Below, in pieces: positions 46,776-56,244 of a DNA stretch of 64,000 nucleotides; position 1 is the stretch's first letter, and each line of letters begins with the position of its first letter. Where the stretch lies: NCBI GenBank assembly GCA_050012755.1, contig JBEKGO010000001.1, forward strand, positions 32,001 to 96,000, in the 5' to 3' direction. This DNA is from Candidatus Bathyarchaeia archaeon. GTDB lineage: Archaea; Thermoproteota; Bathyarchaeia; Bathyarchaeales; Bathycorpusculaceae. The notes beneath the pieces were generated by a model, which searched no databases, was not told the DNA's origin, and saw only the letters and a list, made by a program, of their open reading frames with translations. A program made the translations under genes and the position numbers.

Positions 46776-49406
46776 TTGCCTAAAAATACACGAGATAATG
46801 CTGAACGAAAAGAGTTTTCATCTTGCGCTCAAGCAAAAACTAAGTTGACCAAAAATAATCGACGTAACGCAATAGAGAGAGGAAAGTTTCTTCTTGATCT
46901 CTACCAGAAAGCGTTACTTTTGTCCGAGAAGGAACTAAATGACTATTTTCTAGATCACGCAGTTAGTCTAACAGGGAGCACAATTGGTTTTTTCCATTTT
47001 GTCTCGGATGACCAAAAATCCATCATGTTAACTGCATGGAATGGCGAAGCACGAAAAAACTGCGTCGTCAATTATGATACTCATTATCCAATTGAGCAAG
47101 CAGGAAACTGGGTTGATTGCGTTCGACTTAAACGTCCAGTTATCTACAATGACTTTGCCAAATCCCCCAATCAGAAGGGGTTTCCCTCCGGGCACGTTTT
47201 GATCAAACGCTTTATGAGCATCCCCATTTTTGAGAACGACAAAGTGAAGATAGTTTTTGGTGTAGGTAACAAAATTGATCCGTACACTGAAGATGATGTT
47301 GTTCAGCTTCAACTTATAGCCAACGAGTTGTCCAAAATCTACCGACAGCGTCAAGCAGAGTATTCGATACGTGAATCTGAAAAAAAGTACAGATCTTTGT
47401 TTGAGAACATGCTAGATGGCTTTGCTTTTTGCAAAATGGTCTTTGACGAACAAAACAAACCCATCGATTTCATTTATCTTGAAATTAATGATGCATTTGA
47501 GCGCATAACTGGTCTGAAGAGAGAAGCAGTTGTTGGAAAAAAAGTTACTGAAGCGATACCTGGAATAGAAAATGCCAATCCTGAATTGTTTGAAATCTAT
47601 GGCAGAGTTGCCGTTACCTGTCAGGAAGAAAGGTTTGAAATATTTTTCAAGCCATTATGCTTGTGGCTTTATGTTTCCGTGTATTGTCCCATGAAAGGCT
47701 ATTTTGCTGCTGTATTCGAAGACATTACTGAACGCAAGAAAGGTGAAGAAGCATTACGCAAACTTAACCGTCATTTAAGAGCCATTAGCGATAGCAACCA
47801 AGCGCTCATGCATGCTACCGACGAAAAGCTGTTGATGCAGGAAGTCTGCAGCATAATTATCAATGATTGTGGCTATGCCCTGGTTTGGATTGGTCTTGCC
47901 GAAAATGACAAACGCAAAACGGTGCGTCCAGTAGCTTTCGCTGGTTTCGACAAAGGCTACATTGATGCCTTAAGAATCACTTGGAACGAAAAGTCAAAAA
48001 GAGGTCGAGGACCAACGGGTACTGCAATTCGAACTGGGAAACCATACATCTGCAAGAGCATGGAAAGGGACCTCAACTTTGAGCCTTGGCGCGAAGAAGC
48101 CAAAAAAAGAGCCTACACAGCATCGCTGGTTCTTCCCTTAATTTCATTTGAGAGCAAAACGTTTGGTGCATTGAACATTTACAGTAAAGAACCAAACCCC
48201 TTCAGCGATGAAGAAGTAAACCTTCTAACGGAACTTGCCAACGATTTCGCGTACGGTCTCATGATGCTGAGGCTAAGTAAGGATATAGAGCAAGCTGAGG
48301 AAACATTACGAAAGCAAGCTTCACTAATTGATCTAAGTCCAAACGCAATATTGGTTCGGGATTTGGAGGGCACTATCACATTCTGGAGCAAGGGCGCAGA
48401 AACTTTGTACGGCTGGAAGAAAGAAGTGAGCATCGGGCAAAACAGCAACATCCTTTTGCAAACTGTATTTCCAGAACCCTTGAAATCCATAATTAGTGAG
48501 CTTAGGACGAAAGGATACTGGTCAGGCGAACTTATTCATAAAACAAAAGATGGACGAAACGTCGTGGTTCAAAGCTACTGGCTTGCTAAACTTGATGAAA
48601 AAGGCAAAGTTGCAGAGCTATTTGAAGCAAACATGGACGTTACTGATCGCAAACAAATGCAGGCAAAGCTTGAAGACTATAGCAAGCATTTGGAGGATTT
48701 GGTTGAAGAACGAACTAAGCAGCTTAAGGATTCTGAGCGTTTGGCTGCTATTGGTGCAACGGCTGGCATGGTTGGTCATGACATCAGAAATCCGCTGCAA
48801 GCTATTGTCGGCGATTTATTCTTAGCTAAAGATGATGTTTTTTCATTATCTGAAGGGGAAACAAAGAGGGACTTGCAAGAAAATTTAAACAATATTGAAG
48901 AAAATCTGTTGTATGTTGAAAAGATTGTTGCTGATCTTCAGGATTATGCGAGACCTTTGCATCCTATAATCGAAAACGTTGGCATAGAGGAGGCAATTGA
49001 AGCTGCTTTTTTGGTCGTGACTATTCCATGTAACTTGGAAGTTTCTATAGTTGTTGAACATGGAATTCCACCGCTTGATTCTGATTTATCAATGTTGAAG
49101 CGTGTTCTGGTTAACTTGATTCAAAATGCTGTTCAAGCGATGCCAAATGGCGGTAAACTAACGTTAAATGCTTACAAAGAAGAGAATTATGTCATTGTAG
49201 CGGTAAAGGATAATGGCGTTGGCATTCCTGAAGCCATAAAAAACAAATTGTTTACGCCGATGTTCACAACGAAGTCGAAGGGGCAAGGCTTTGGCTTAGC
49301 AGTAGTTAAGCGTATGACCGAAGCTCTCGGCGGCACTATCTCTTTTGAGAGTCAAGAAGGCAAAGGAACCACCTTCACTATACGTTTGCCCCTCCTAAAG
49401 AAATAA
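46776..49406 (+). CDS. GAF-PAS-GAF-PAS sensor histidine kinase
   Basis: Two GAF domains (PVIYND..., GRGPTGTAIRTG), two PAS domains, GHDIRNPL H-box, HATPase boxes. Confidence 0.93.
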   Translation: MPKNTRDNAERKEFSSCAQAKTKLTKNNRRNAIERGKFLLDLYQKALLLSEKELNDYFLDHAVSLTGSTIGFFHFVSDDQKSIMLTAWNGEARKNCVVNYDTHYPIEQAGNWVDCVRLKRPVIYNDFAKSPNQKGFPSGHVLIKRFMSIPIFENDKVKIVFGVGNKIDPYTEDDVVQLQLIANELSKIYRQRQAEYSIRESEKKYRSLFENMLDGFAFCKMVFDEQNKPIDFIYLEINDAFERITGLKREAVVGKKVTEAIPGIENANPELFEIYGRVAVTCQEERFEIFFKPLCLWLYVSVYCPMKGYFAAVFEDITERKKGEEALRKLNRHLRAISDSNQALMHATDEKLLMQEVCSIIINDCGYALVWIGLAENDKRKTVRPVAFAGFDKGYIDALRITWNEKSKRGRGPTGTAIRTGKPYICKSMERDLNFEPWREEAKKRAYTASLVLPLISFESKTFGALNIYSKEPNPFSDEEVNLLTELANDFAYGLMMLRLSKDIEQAEETLRKQASLIDLSPNAILVRDLEGTITFWSKGAETLYGWKKEVSIGQNSNILLQTVFPEPLKSIISELRTKGYWSGELIHKTKDGRNVVVQSYWLAKLDEKGKVAELFEANMDVTDRKQMQAKLEDYSKHLEDLVEERTKQLKDSERLAAIGATAGMVGHDIRNPLQAIVGDLFLAKDDVFSLSEGETKRDLQENLNNIEENLLYVEKIVADLQDYARPLHPIIENVGIEEAIEAAFLVVTIPCNLEVSIVVEHGIPPLDSDLSMLKRVLVNLIQNAVQAMPNGGKLTLNAYKEENYVIVAVKDNGVGIPEAIKNKLFTPMFTTKSKGQGFGLAVVKRMTEALGGTISFESQEGKGTTFTIRLPLLKK

Positions 49407-49570
49407 ACGGCAAATTGGTCTTCAAGTGAAATTAGTAAAACAAGATGGACATTTGATAATTTAGAAATGCAAAATGTAAACTATTGCTGACACGCCTTTA
49501 CCACGGATATTGAATCCTATCTGTTGCTCTGATAGGAATCGTTTTAGGTTTCTTTAAAAAAAGAAAAGTT

Positions 49571-49846
49571 TTAAGTTTTTGCTTCTTCTAGGAGTGTTTG
49601 TGTTTCGGGTAGTTTTTCTTCTTTTGGTTTTGTTACTTGCCAAATAATTCCTGCTGCTATGAATGAAACAACCGCGTAAGCTATGAACGGCAACGCTGAC
49701 ATTAAAATACCAAGTTGAATGAAGCTAGCAGGAACAGTTGGATTATACTCTAGCTTATCTATTTGGTAGGTCATCAATGCTGCTAAACCGGCAAATATGC
49801 TGAATACTACTCCGAAGACTAAAGCTACTTTTTGAATAAGTTTCAA
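49571..49846 (-). CDS. Small two-TM hypothetical protein
   Basis: TTG start, two hydrophobic helices, charged tail. Confidence 0.65.
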   Translation of the reverse strand: MKLIQKVALVFGVVFSIFAGLAALMTYQIDKLEYNPTVPASFIQLGILMSALPFIAYAVVSFIAAGIIWQVTKPKEEKLPETQTLLEEAKT

Positions 49847-50081
49847 TGTAGTTATTTTTCTTCACCCAATATTCTTTGTTAATGTCTGCTTTCCTTTTTA
49901 AATGATTACCCATATTCAGATGCTGCTATCCTCGGAATTTACATAATTTTTTCAAAATCAAGTTAATTTTTGACAGATAACCAATTTTACCAAAAACAGG
50001 GTCTAAACATTAAATATATCTACCCAAAGCCCACTATTAACTAGACAGTTAATCAAACGCTATAACAGGTGAAAAGATAAA

Positions 50082-51446
50082 ATGAAAAATTTCAAAGACG
50101 CCATATGGAAAGAAAACGTCTCAAAAGTAATCCAGCAAATACAGGAACAAGAAATAAAATTCATCAGACTACAATTTACCGACATTAACGGCATTCTAAA
50201 GAATTTGGCAGTAAGCTCAAAAAATATTGAAACTATTTTTGAAAATGGCCAATCATTCGATGGATCATCCATCACAGGCTACAGACCCATTGAAGAATCC
50301 GATATGGTGCTGTATCCTGATCCAAGCACATTTGCAGTTCTGCCATGGCGACCCAAAGAAAAATCGTCCGCGAGGTTAATCTGTGATATTTACACTCCGG
50401 AAAACAAACGGTTTGAAGGCGATCCCCGTCACGTTCTTGAACGAACATTAGAAAAAGCTGCCAAAGCAGGCTACACATTCATGTGTGCTCCGGAACTTGA
50501 ATTTTTCATAGTTAAAGAAAGTGAAACGGGAGGCTTGCCAACACCAATAGACTTGGCAGGCTACTTTGATTTTCATCCCGGCGACTTAACAGACGACCTG
50601 CGCCGAGAAATTGCTGATACGGCCGAAGCTTTCGGAATAGAAATAGAGATTTCGCATCATGAAGTTGCTTTGGGGCAAAACGAAATTGACTTCAAATATG
50701 ATGAAGCATTAAAAACGGCTGACCGAACAATTACAATGAAGATGTGCGGGAAAGTTGTTGGCGCACGAAACGGCTACATCACCACTTATATGCCTAAACC
50801 ATTCGCGGGCATAAACGGTTCAGGCATGCACACTCACATGAGCCTGTGGAACAAAAACGTCTCGCAAAACCTCTTTTACGAAGACGATGAGAAAAGCGGC
50901 TTTCTCTCAGACTTAGCAAAAAGTTTTATCGGCGGGCAACTAGCGCATGGACGCAAAATGTGTGCTATTCTTGATTCATGGCCAAACAGTTTCAAACGAT
51001 TAGTTCCAGGTTATGAAGCCCCAGTCTATCTTGCTTGGGCACACAAAAACCGCTCGCCCCTTATACGAGTGCCAAACTTTGGCGGAAGAAAAAACGCTGC
51101 AAGATGCGAAATTCGCTGCCCAGACGGTGCCGGAAACCCATACCTACAATTCGCAGTGCTTTTAGCAACAGGCTTAGACGGTATCAAAAACAGTATTGAC
51201 CCGGGCGACCCCGTCGAACTAAACGTCTACCATATGACCTATGAAGAACGCAAAGAAAGAAACATCGTTTCACTGCCAGAATCACTTAAAGAGGCTCTTG
51301 ACGAATTGGAAACCAGCGATTTAATGCGTGACACCCTCGGCGAAACCGCATTCACAAACTTCCTAATCGAAAAACGCAGAGAATGGGACCTTTACCGCAC
51401 ACAAGTCACCGAGTGGGAAGTCAACCGCTACATTAAACGGCTCTAG
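50082..51446 (+). CDS. glnA: Glutamine synthetase type I, second paralog
   Basis: RLQFTD, FDGSSI, IEESDM, HHEVA.GQ.E, MPKP...NGSGMH, RLVPGYEAP, NRS. Confidence 0.92.
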   Translation: MKNFKDAIWKENVSKVIQQIQEQEIKFIRLQFTDINGILKNLAVSSKNIETIFENGQSFDGSSITGYRPIEESDMVLYPDPSTFAVLPWRPKEKSSARLICDIYTPENKRFEGDPRHVLERTLEKAAKAGYTFMCAPELEFFIVKESETGGLPTPIDLAGYFDFHPGDLTDDLRREIADTAEAFGIEIEISHHEVALGQNEIDFKYDEALKTADRTITMKMCGKVVGARNGYITTYMPKPFAGINGSGMHTHMSLWNKNVSQNLFYEDDEKSGFLSDLAKSFIGGQLAHGRKMCAILDSWPNSFKRLVPGYEAPVYLAWAHKNRSPLIRVPNFGGRKNAARCEIRCPDGAGNPYLQFAVLLATGLDGIKNSIDPGDPVELNVYHMTYEERKERNIVSLPESLKEALDELETSDLMRDTLGETAFTNFLIEKRREWDLYRTQVTEWEVNRYIKRL

Positions 51447-51485
51447 CCAAAAAGACTCATTTTCCTTTTCTTCGTTCTCGTTTTT

Positions 51486-52760
51486 TTAATCCTTTATTTT
51501 TTCAGGTAACGCTTTAATGGGAACAATTGTTTGTTCACGTTTAGCGAGATTCCTTAGCATTGCTGCACCCTCTTTTAGCTCCCGCTCGCCTACAATCACC
51601 GCATAATCGATGCCGCGTTTATCAGCGTCTTCAAGCGCCTTAGCCATCTTGCGACCCATAATTTCAAACTCAACAACAACCCCCGAGCCGCGGAGCATCT
51701 GGGCAATTTTTAAGGCTTCAACCTTCAACGCTTCATTAACTGCCAAAACAAGAACCCTTTTCCCGACCTTACCTGCAACACTTGACTTCTGGGTCTGCAA
51801 AGCAAGCGCAACCCTATCAATTCCATGGGCAACGCCCACAGCAGGGGTTGGTTCGCCTCCGAACAATTCAATTAGCCTATCATATCTGCCTCCGCCGCCA
51901 AGAGCAATGTCTAATTGTGGAATGTAGATTTCAAAAATCATCCCCGTGTAATATTCCAAGCCTCTGGCAAAAGCGGGCTCAACCATCTGAACTGGACATC
52001 CGCTTTCTACTATAAGTTTTAAGATTTCTCCGAGATTTTCTGCCGCATCCTTAGCTATCTCGTAGTTGGCAACATAGGTTTTGATTTTTTCAATGGTTTC
52101 AAAGCAGTCTTCGCTTTTCAGTTTGAGTAATCCTTCAAGCATGCCTCGGCATTTGTCGGTCGGCGCCAGCTTAAACGCTTCCTCATACTCTTTTTTGTCC
52201 ATGCGCTGTAAGATGGTGTTTTGGGTTTTTTCGTCAACGCCTTCTTGGCTAAGAATGCCTCGTATTACGCCTATATTCCCGATTTTGAACGCGTAACCCT
52301 GCAAACCCAGCCCTTTCATTAAACTGTTAGTTAGCAAAACGATTTCTGCATCCGCCTCTGGCCTAGCCGAACCCATCAATTCAAAGTTAGACTGCCAAAA
52401 CTCACGATAACGACCCCGCTGCGGTTCATCATAACGGTAAACGGTGCCAACAGAGAAAAGTCTAAGCGGTTTAGGATCGTTTTTAAGAGCTGTGGTTGCT
52501 AAGCGTGCGATTGATGCGGTAAATTCTGGACGCAAAGCTACCTGTCGCTCTCCGAGGTCTTTGAAAATGAACATTCGTTGTCGAATTTCCTCACCCGATT
52601 TAGCACTTAAAAGCTCGAGTGATTCAACGACTGGCGTTATGGCTTCTTTGTAACCGTAAAGTGCCGCTGTTTGGCGGGCTTTAGCAATAATGTTTGTGAA
52701 TGTTTGGGCTTCTTCGCCTAGTAAATCTCTCATTCCACGAACAGTTTGGAAATTCGGCAT
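51486..52760 (-). CDS. hisS: Histidyl-tRNA synthetase
   Basis: VRGMRD, LRPEFT, YRYDEPQRGRYREF, RGLEYYTG, GGGRYD. Confidence 0.97.
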   Translation of the reverse strand: MPNFQTVRGMRDLLGEEAQTFTNIIAKARQTAALYGYKEAITPVVESLELLSAKSGEEIRQRMFIFKDLGERQVALRPEFTASIARLATTALKNDPKPLRLFSVGTVYRYDEPQRGRYREFWQSNFELMGSARPEADAEIVLLTNSLMKGLGLQGYAFKIGNIGVIRGILSQEGVDEKTQNTILQRMDKKEYEEAFKLAPTDKCRGMLEGLLKLKSEDCFETIEKIKTYVANYEIAKDAAENLGEILKLIVESGCPVQMVEPAFARGLEYYTGMIFEIYIPQLDIALGGGGRYDRLIELFGGEPTPAVGVAHGIDRVALALQTQKSSVAGKVGKRVLVLAVNEALKVEALKIAQMLRGSGVVVEFEIMGRKMAKALEDADKRGIDYAVIVGERELKEGAAMLRNLAKREQTIVPIKALPEKIKD

Positions 52761-52899
52761 ACAATTTTTCTCCATTACTAGTTAACTTTACAGTAAAAGT
52801 GTGCAATTGTCTGTATTTAGCTCTTGGCATTTGTTTTGTTTTCATCGCTGGAAGAAATATGATAAAAAGAATTTATTAGAAACAGATAATGAAGAGACT

Positions 52900-55668
52900 C
52901 TAAGTGTGATCGTGTATCTTCAACGCTTCCGCACCTGTTTTGCTGAATTTTCGACTGAAGAACTTCCGAATTTCCTCTGCGAAAACAACAATCAAAGCGA
53001 GTGAAATCAGGAATGCCCAGTCACTTAGGTTAAGCGGTGCAGTTGTGAAGATGTGCTGCATTGCCGGAACATAGACAATTAATGCTAAAATTCCGATTTG
53101 CGAGGCGATGCCGAAGATTATCCATTTGTTTGTTTTTAAGCTTGTTTTGAAGACTGATTGCTTGCTGGTTCTGCATGCTAATACGTTGCCTGCTTGCGCC
53201 ACCACGATGCCCGCGAAAGTCATCGTTACCCCTTTGGCGTAAAGTTGGCTATTGGCAGCCAATGTCATTCCAAAGTGCCATCCGCCTGCAGTCCAAGCGC
53301 TCAAACATCCATACATAGCTCCTGCAGCTATAATGACTCCGATGAATACTGACCGAATCAGAACCTTGCGAGTAAAGAGTCTTTCTTTTATGCTTCTTGG
53401 CGGTTCCTGCATGATTCCTGCTTCAGGAGGTTCACGACTCAAAGCTAACGATGGAATGACGTCTATGGCAAGGTCAATCGCTAAAACTTGCGTCACGAGA
53501 AGTGGCAGAGGAATACCTAAGACGGCATATAATATGAATGGAATTAGTTCAGCCCAGTTGTGTGAAAACACGTAGACAATAAACTTGCGAATGTTCTCAT
53601 AGATTGCTCGTCCAGACTCAATCGCTTTTACAATCGAAGCAAAACTGTCATCAAGCAAAACAATGTCTGCGGCTTCACGTGCAACGTCGGTTCCTGAAAC
53701 CCCCATTGCAACGCCTATGTCTGCTTCTTTAAGCGAAGGGGCGTCATTTGCGCCGTCACCTGTTACAGCCACAATTTCTCCGCTGTTTTTAAGTACTTTT
53801 ACTATGCGGAGTTTTTGTTCTGGCGCAACACGAGCAAAAATCACGTTCCCTTGTCGTACTTCATTGACAACAGCTTGATCGCTTAAATCGTCTAGGTCAA
53901 CACCGCGAATAACTTGGCAGCGATCCCGGTCGACAATCGCAACTTCCTGTGCGATAGCTTGGGCTGTTGGGCCATAATCTCCTGTAATAATAACGGTTTT
54001 TACTCCGGCTTGTTTTGCCTTCAAAACGGCTTCTTCAACCTCCATTCTTGGCGGATCACGCATCGCGGCTAAACCGACAAAAATCAAGTCAGATTCCACT
54101 TCAGCACCTTTGTCATACTCGGTTTTTGGCATCTTCTTGTAAGCGGCTGCGATTACTCGCAAGCCTTCGTTGGCGAACTCGTGGATTCGTTCTTCTATGC
54201 AACCCATTTTTTCCGTATCTAACTCTACAATTTTGCCGTCGAGAAGCACTTTTTTGCATAAATCCAAAATGTTTCTTGGAGCGCCCTTTGTGAAAACTAA
54301 AACGTCGCCATTCAAAGTGTGGACGGTGCTCATGGTTTTGCGTTCAAAACTGAAGGGTATAATGTGGATCATTGGTTTCTGAGCTAAGGCGTTCTGAATA
54401 TTCACAGTTGATTTTAACGCGGCAACAAGCAACGCGCCGTCCGTTGGGTCGCCTATTACGCTCCAATTTTTGTTTCGGTCTGAAGGAGGATCGAGTTTTG
54501 CTCCGTTGCAGAGAGCAGAAATTTCAATGAGTTTCTCTAGAGAACCTGTTTGACCTTTCTTCAATGGTTGACCGTTTACGGTGAAGTCGCCTTCAGGCTT
54601 GTAGCCTAAGCCAGAAACGTCCACAACATAATCATAAACCCACAGCTTGTTTACAGTCATTTCTCCCTTAGTTATTGTGCCTGTTTTATCGGTGCAGATT
54701 ACGGTGACGCTGCCTAGAGTTTGCACCGCAGACAGCCTCTTTACCAAAACGTTCTGTTTCACCATTTTCAAAACGTTGATGGCTAAAGCGCTGGAAACTG
54801 TGACTTGCAACCCCTCTGGCACGCAAGCCACCATGACGCCAATCATGAAGAATATGCTTGTGGCAAGAGAAGCATGCAAGAAAAGAAAACTGGAAGCAAA
54901 GAAAACTACGCCTACGGCTACAGCAATCATAAAATCGTATTTCGCGGTTAAAGCGATTTCTTTTTGAAGTGGGCTATCTTCTTCCTGGATTGTTTGAGTT
55001 AAATTAGCGATTCTTCCAAACTGAGTATCCATGCCAGTTGAATAAACAACTGCTTTGCCCTGTCCTTTGGCGACGCTTGTACTCATGAAAACAAGGTTAG
55101 GGGAATACAAATAGGCTTTTTCAACAACTTTGACTGTTTCAGCAACACGAGGTTGTGGTTCGGATTCTCCAGTTAAGGGAACATTGTTTGTCCATAAGTC
55201 AAAGGCTTCGATCAGGCGTGCATCTGCTGGTACTCTGTCACCTTCTTCTAATGCTACAATGTCGCCTGGAACAATTTCGCTGACAGAGATTTTTTTGAGT
55301 TCTCCATCACGCATAACTTTTGCAAACTCAGGCATCCAGCTTTTCAAGGTCTGCATAGCTTTTTCTGCACGTGATTCTTGGAACATGCTAACGAAAATGT
55401 TTACGAAGACAACTGCAAGAATTATTAAAGCAAGTTCAGGACTACCACTGATGTACGATAAAATTGCTGCAACAAGTAATAGGATTCCGAATAGGTCTCG
55501 AAGATGCCTTATGAATTTGTGTATAAAGGGAATTTGTCTTTTTTCTGAGAGTTTGTTGTACCCGTATTTTCTTAGGCGAAGTTTAGCTTCTTCACTTGTC
55601 AATCCTTCAGGAGAAGTATTTAGGTCGTTGAAGACCTCGCCGACGGGCATAGAAGCAGCTTTTTCCAA
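52900..55668 (-). CDS. Type II P-type cation-transporting ATPase
   Basis: TGES, VPEGL, DKTGT, KGAP, DPPR, TGD, GDGANDAP. Confidence 0.95.
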   Translation of the reverse strand: MEKAASMPVGEVFNDLNTSPEGLTSEEAKLRLRKYGYNKLSEKRQIPFIHKFIRHLRDLFGILLLVAAILSYISGSPELALIILAVVFVNIFVSMFQESRAEKAMQTLKSWMPEFAKVMRDGELKKISVSEIVPGDIVALEEGDRVPADARLIEAFDLWTNNVPLTGESEPQPRVAETVKVVEKAYLYSPNLVFMSTSVAKGQGKAVVYSTGMDTQFGRIANLTQTIQEEDSPLQKEIALTAKYDFMIAVAVGVVFFASSFLFLHASLATSIFFMIGVMVACVPEGLQVTVSSALAINVLKMVKQNVLVKRLSAVQTLGSVTVICTDKTGTITKGEMTVNKLWVYDYVVDVSGLGYKPEGDFTVNGQPLKKGQTGSLEKLIEISALCNGAKLDPPSDRNKNWSVIGDPTDGALLVAALKSTVNIQNALAQKPMIHIIPFSFERKTMSTVHTLNGDVLVFTKGAPRNILDLCKKVLLDGKIVELDTEKMGCIEERIHEFANEGLRVIAAAYKKMPKTEYDKGAEVESDLIFVGLAAMRDPPRMEVEEAVLKAKQAGVKTVIITGDYGPTAQAIAQEVAIVDRDRCQVIRGVDLDDLSDQAVVNEVRQGNVIFARVAPEQKLRIVKVLKNSGEIVAVTGDGANDAPSLKEADIGVAMGVSGTDVAREAADIVLLDDSFASIVKAIESGRAIYENIRKFIVYVFSHNWAELIPFILYAVLGIPLPLLVTQVLAIDLAIDVIPSLALSREPPEAGIMQEPPRSIKERLFTRKVLIRSVFIGVIIAAGAMYGCLSAWTAGGWHFGMTLAANSQLYAKGVTMTFAGIVVAQAGNVLACRTSKQSVFKTSLKTNKWIIFGIASQIGILALIVYVPAMQHIFTTAPLNLSDWAFLISLALIVVFAEEIRKFFSRKFSKTGAEALKIHDHT

Positions 55669-56244
55669 ATTTATTCCGCCAAAACCTCACGATTGACTAG
55701 TTTATGGCAACCCCGTACAATTGAACATCGAAGCAAAGAGAAACATTAAATGGGAAAATATTTCGTTGAACCAGACCTGATTGAAGGTGCATTCATATCC
55801 TCAGCGTTTTAATCTAAATACATTGATTTTACTTTATTTTTGGGTTTATTGTTGCTTGTTACATTTAAACTAATCGGACTTGAAGCTGAATTTAATGTCG
55901 AATTAGCAATTTTAAAGCAAGTAATGGCTTTCTTATACATTTGATTCTTTTTCCTCTTTCAAATTCATCATTTAGATAAGAAAAACTAAGTCCATTTATT
56001 CTTTTTTGTGAACTTCACTTAACCTATATGCAAAGTAGAATCAACCTCTCTTTTGTCTACTGTTGAAGGGAAATAATTCGAAATGCAGAATCTTTGCAGA
56101 ACAGATGAGTTTGCGGTTGATTTCACCAGCTGTTGTTTTTCCAATTGTTTTAAAAAAGGATGCCATAAAGTTAATAGGACACAATTTCACTTTCCATGTA
56201 GTTTCAAGTAATAAATAATCATCAAAATGGAGAATGCATAATTT

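Noticed and set aside
49515-49537. Inverted repeat TCCTATC-N9-GATAGGA
   Set aside because: Short, single copy, between convergent genes; at most a terminator-like hairpin.
52801-55696. Numerous 60-190 aa antisense ORFs here and over other core genes
   Set aside because: They overlap well-supported genes on the opposite strand and have no recognisable motifs.
55670-55815. Possible riboswitch (M-box, yybP-ykoY, fluoride, c-di-AMP) upstream of the P-type ATPase
   Set aside because: Only short partial resemblances (e.g. GGGGTTGCCATAAAC on the minus strand), and I could not build the required stems. An Rfam/Infernal search would settle it.
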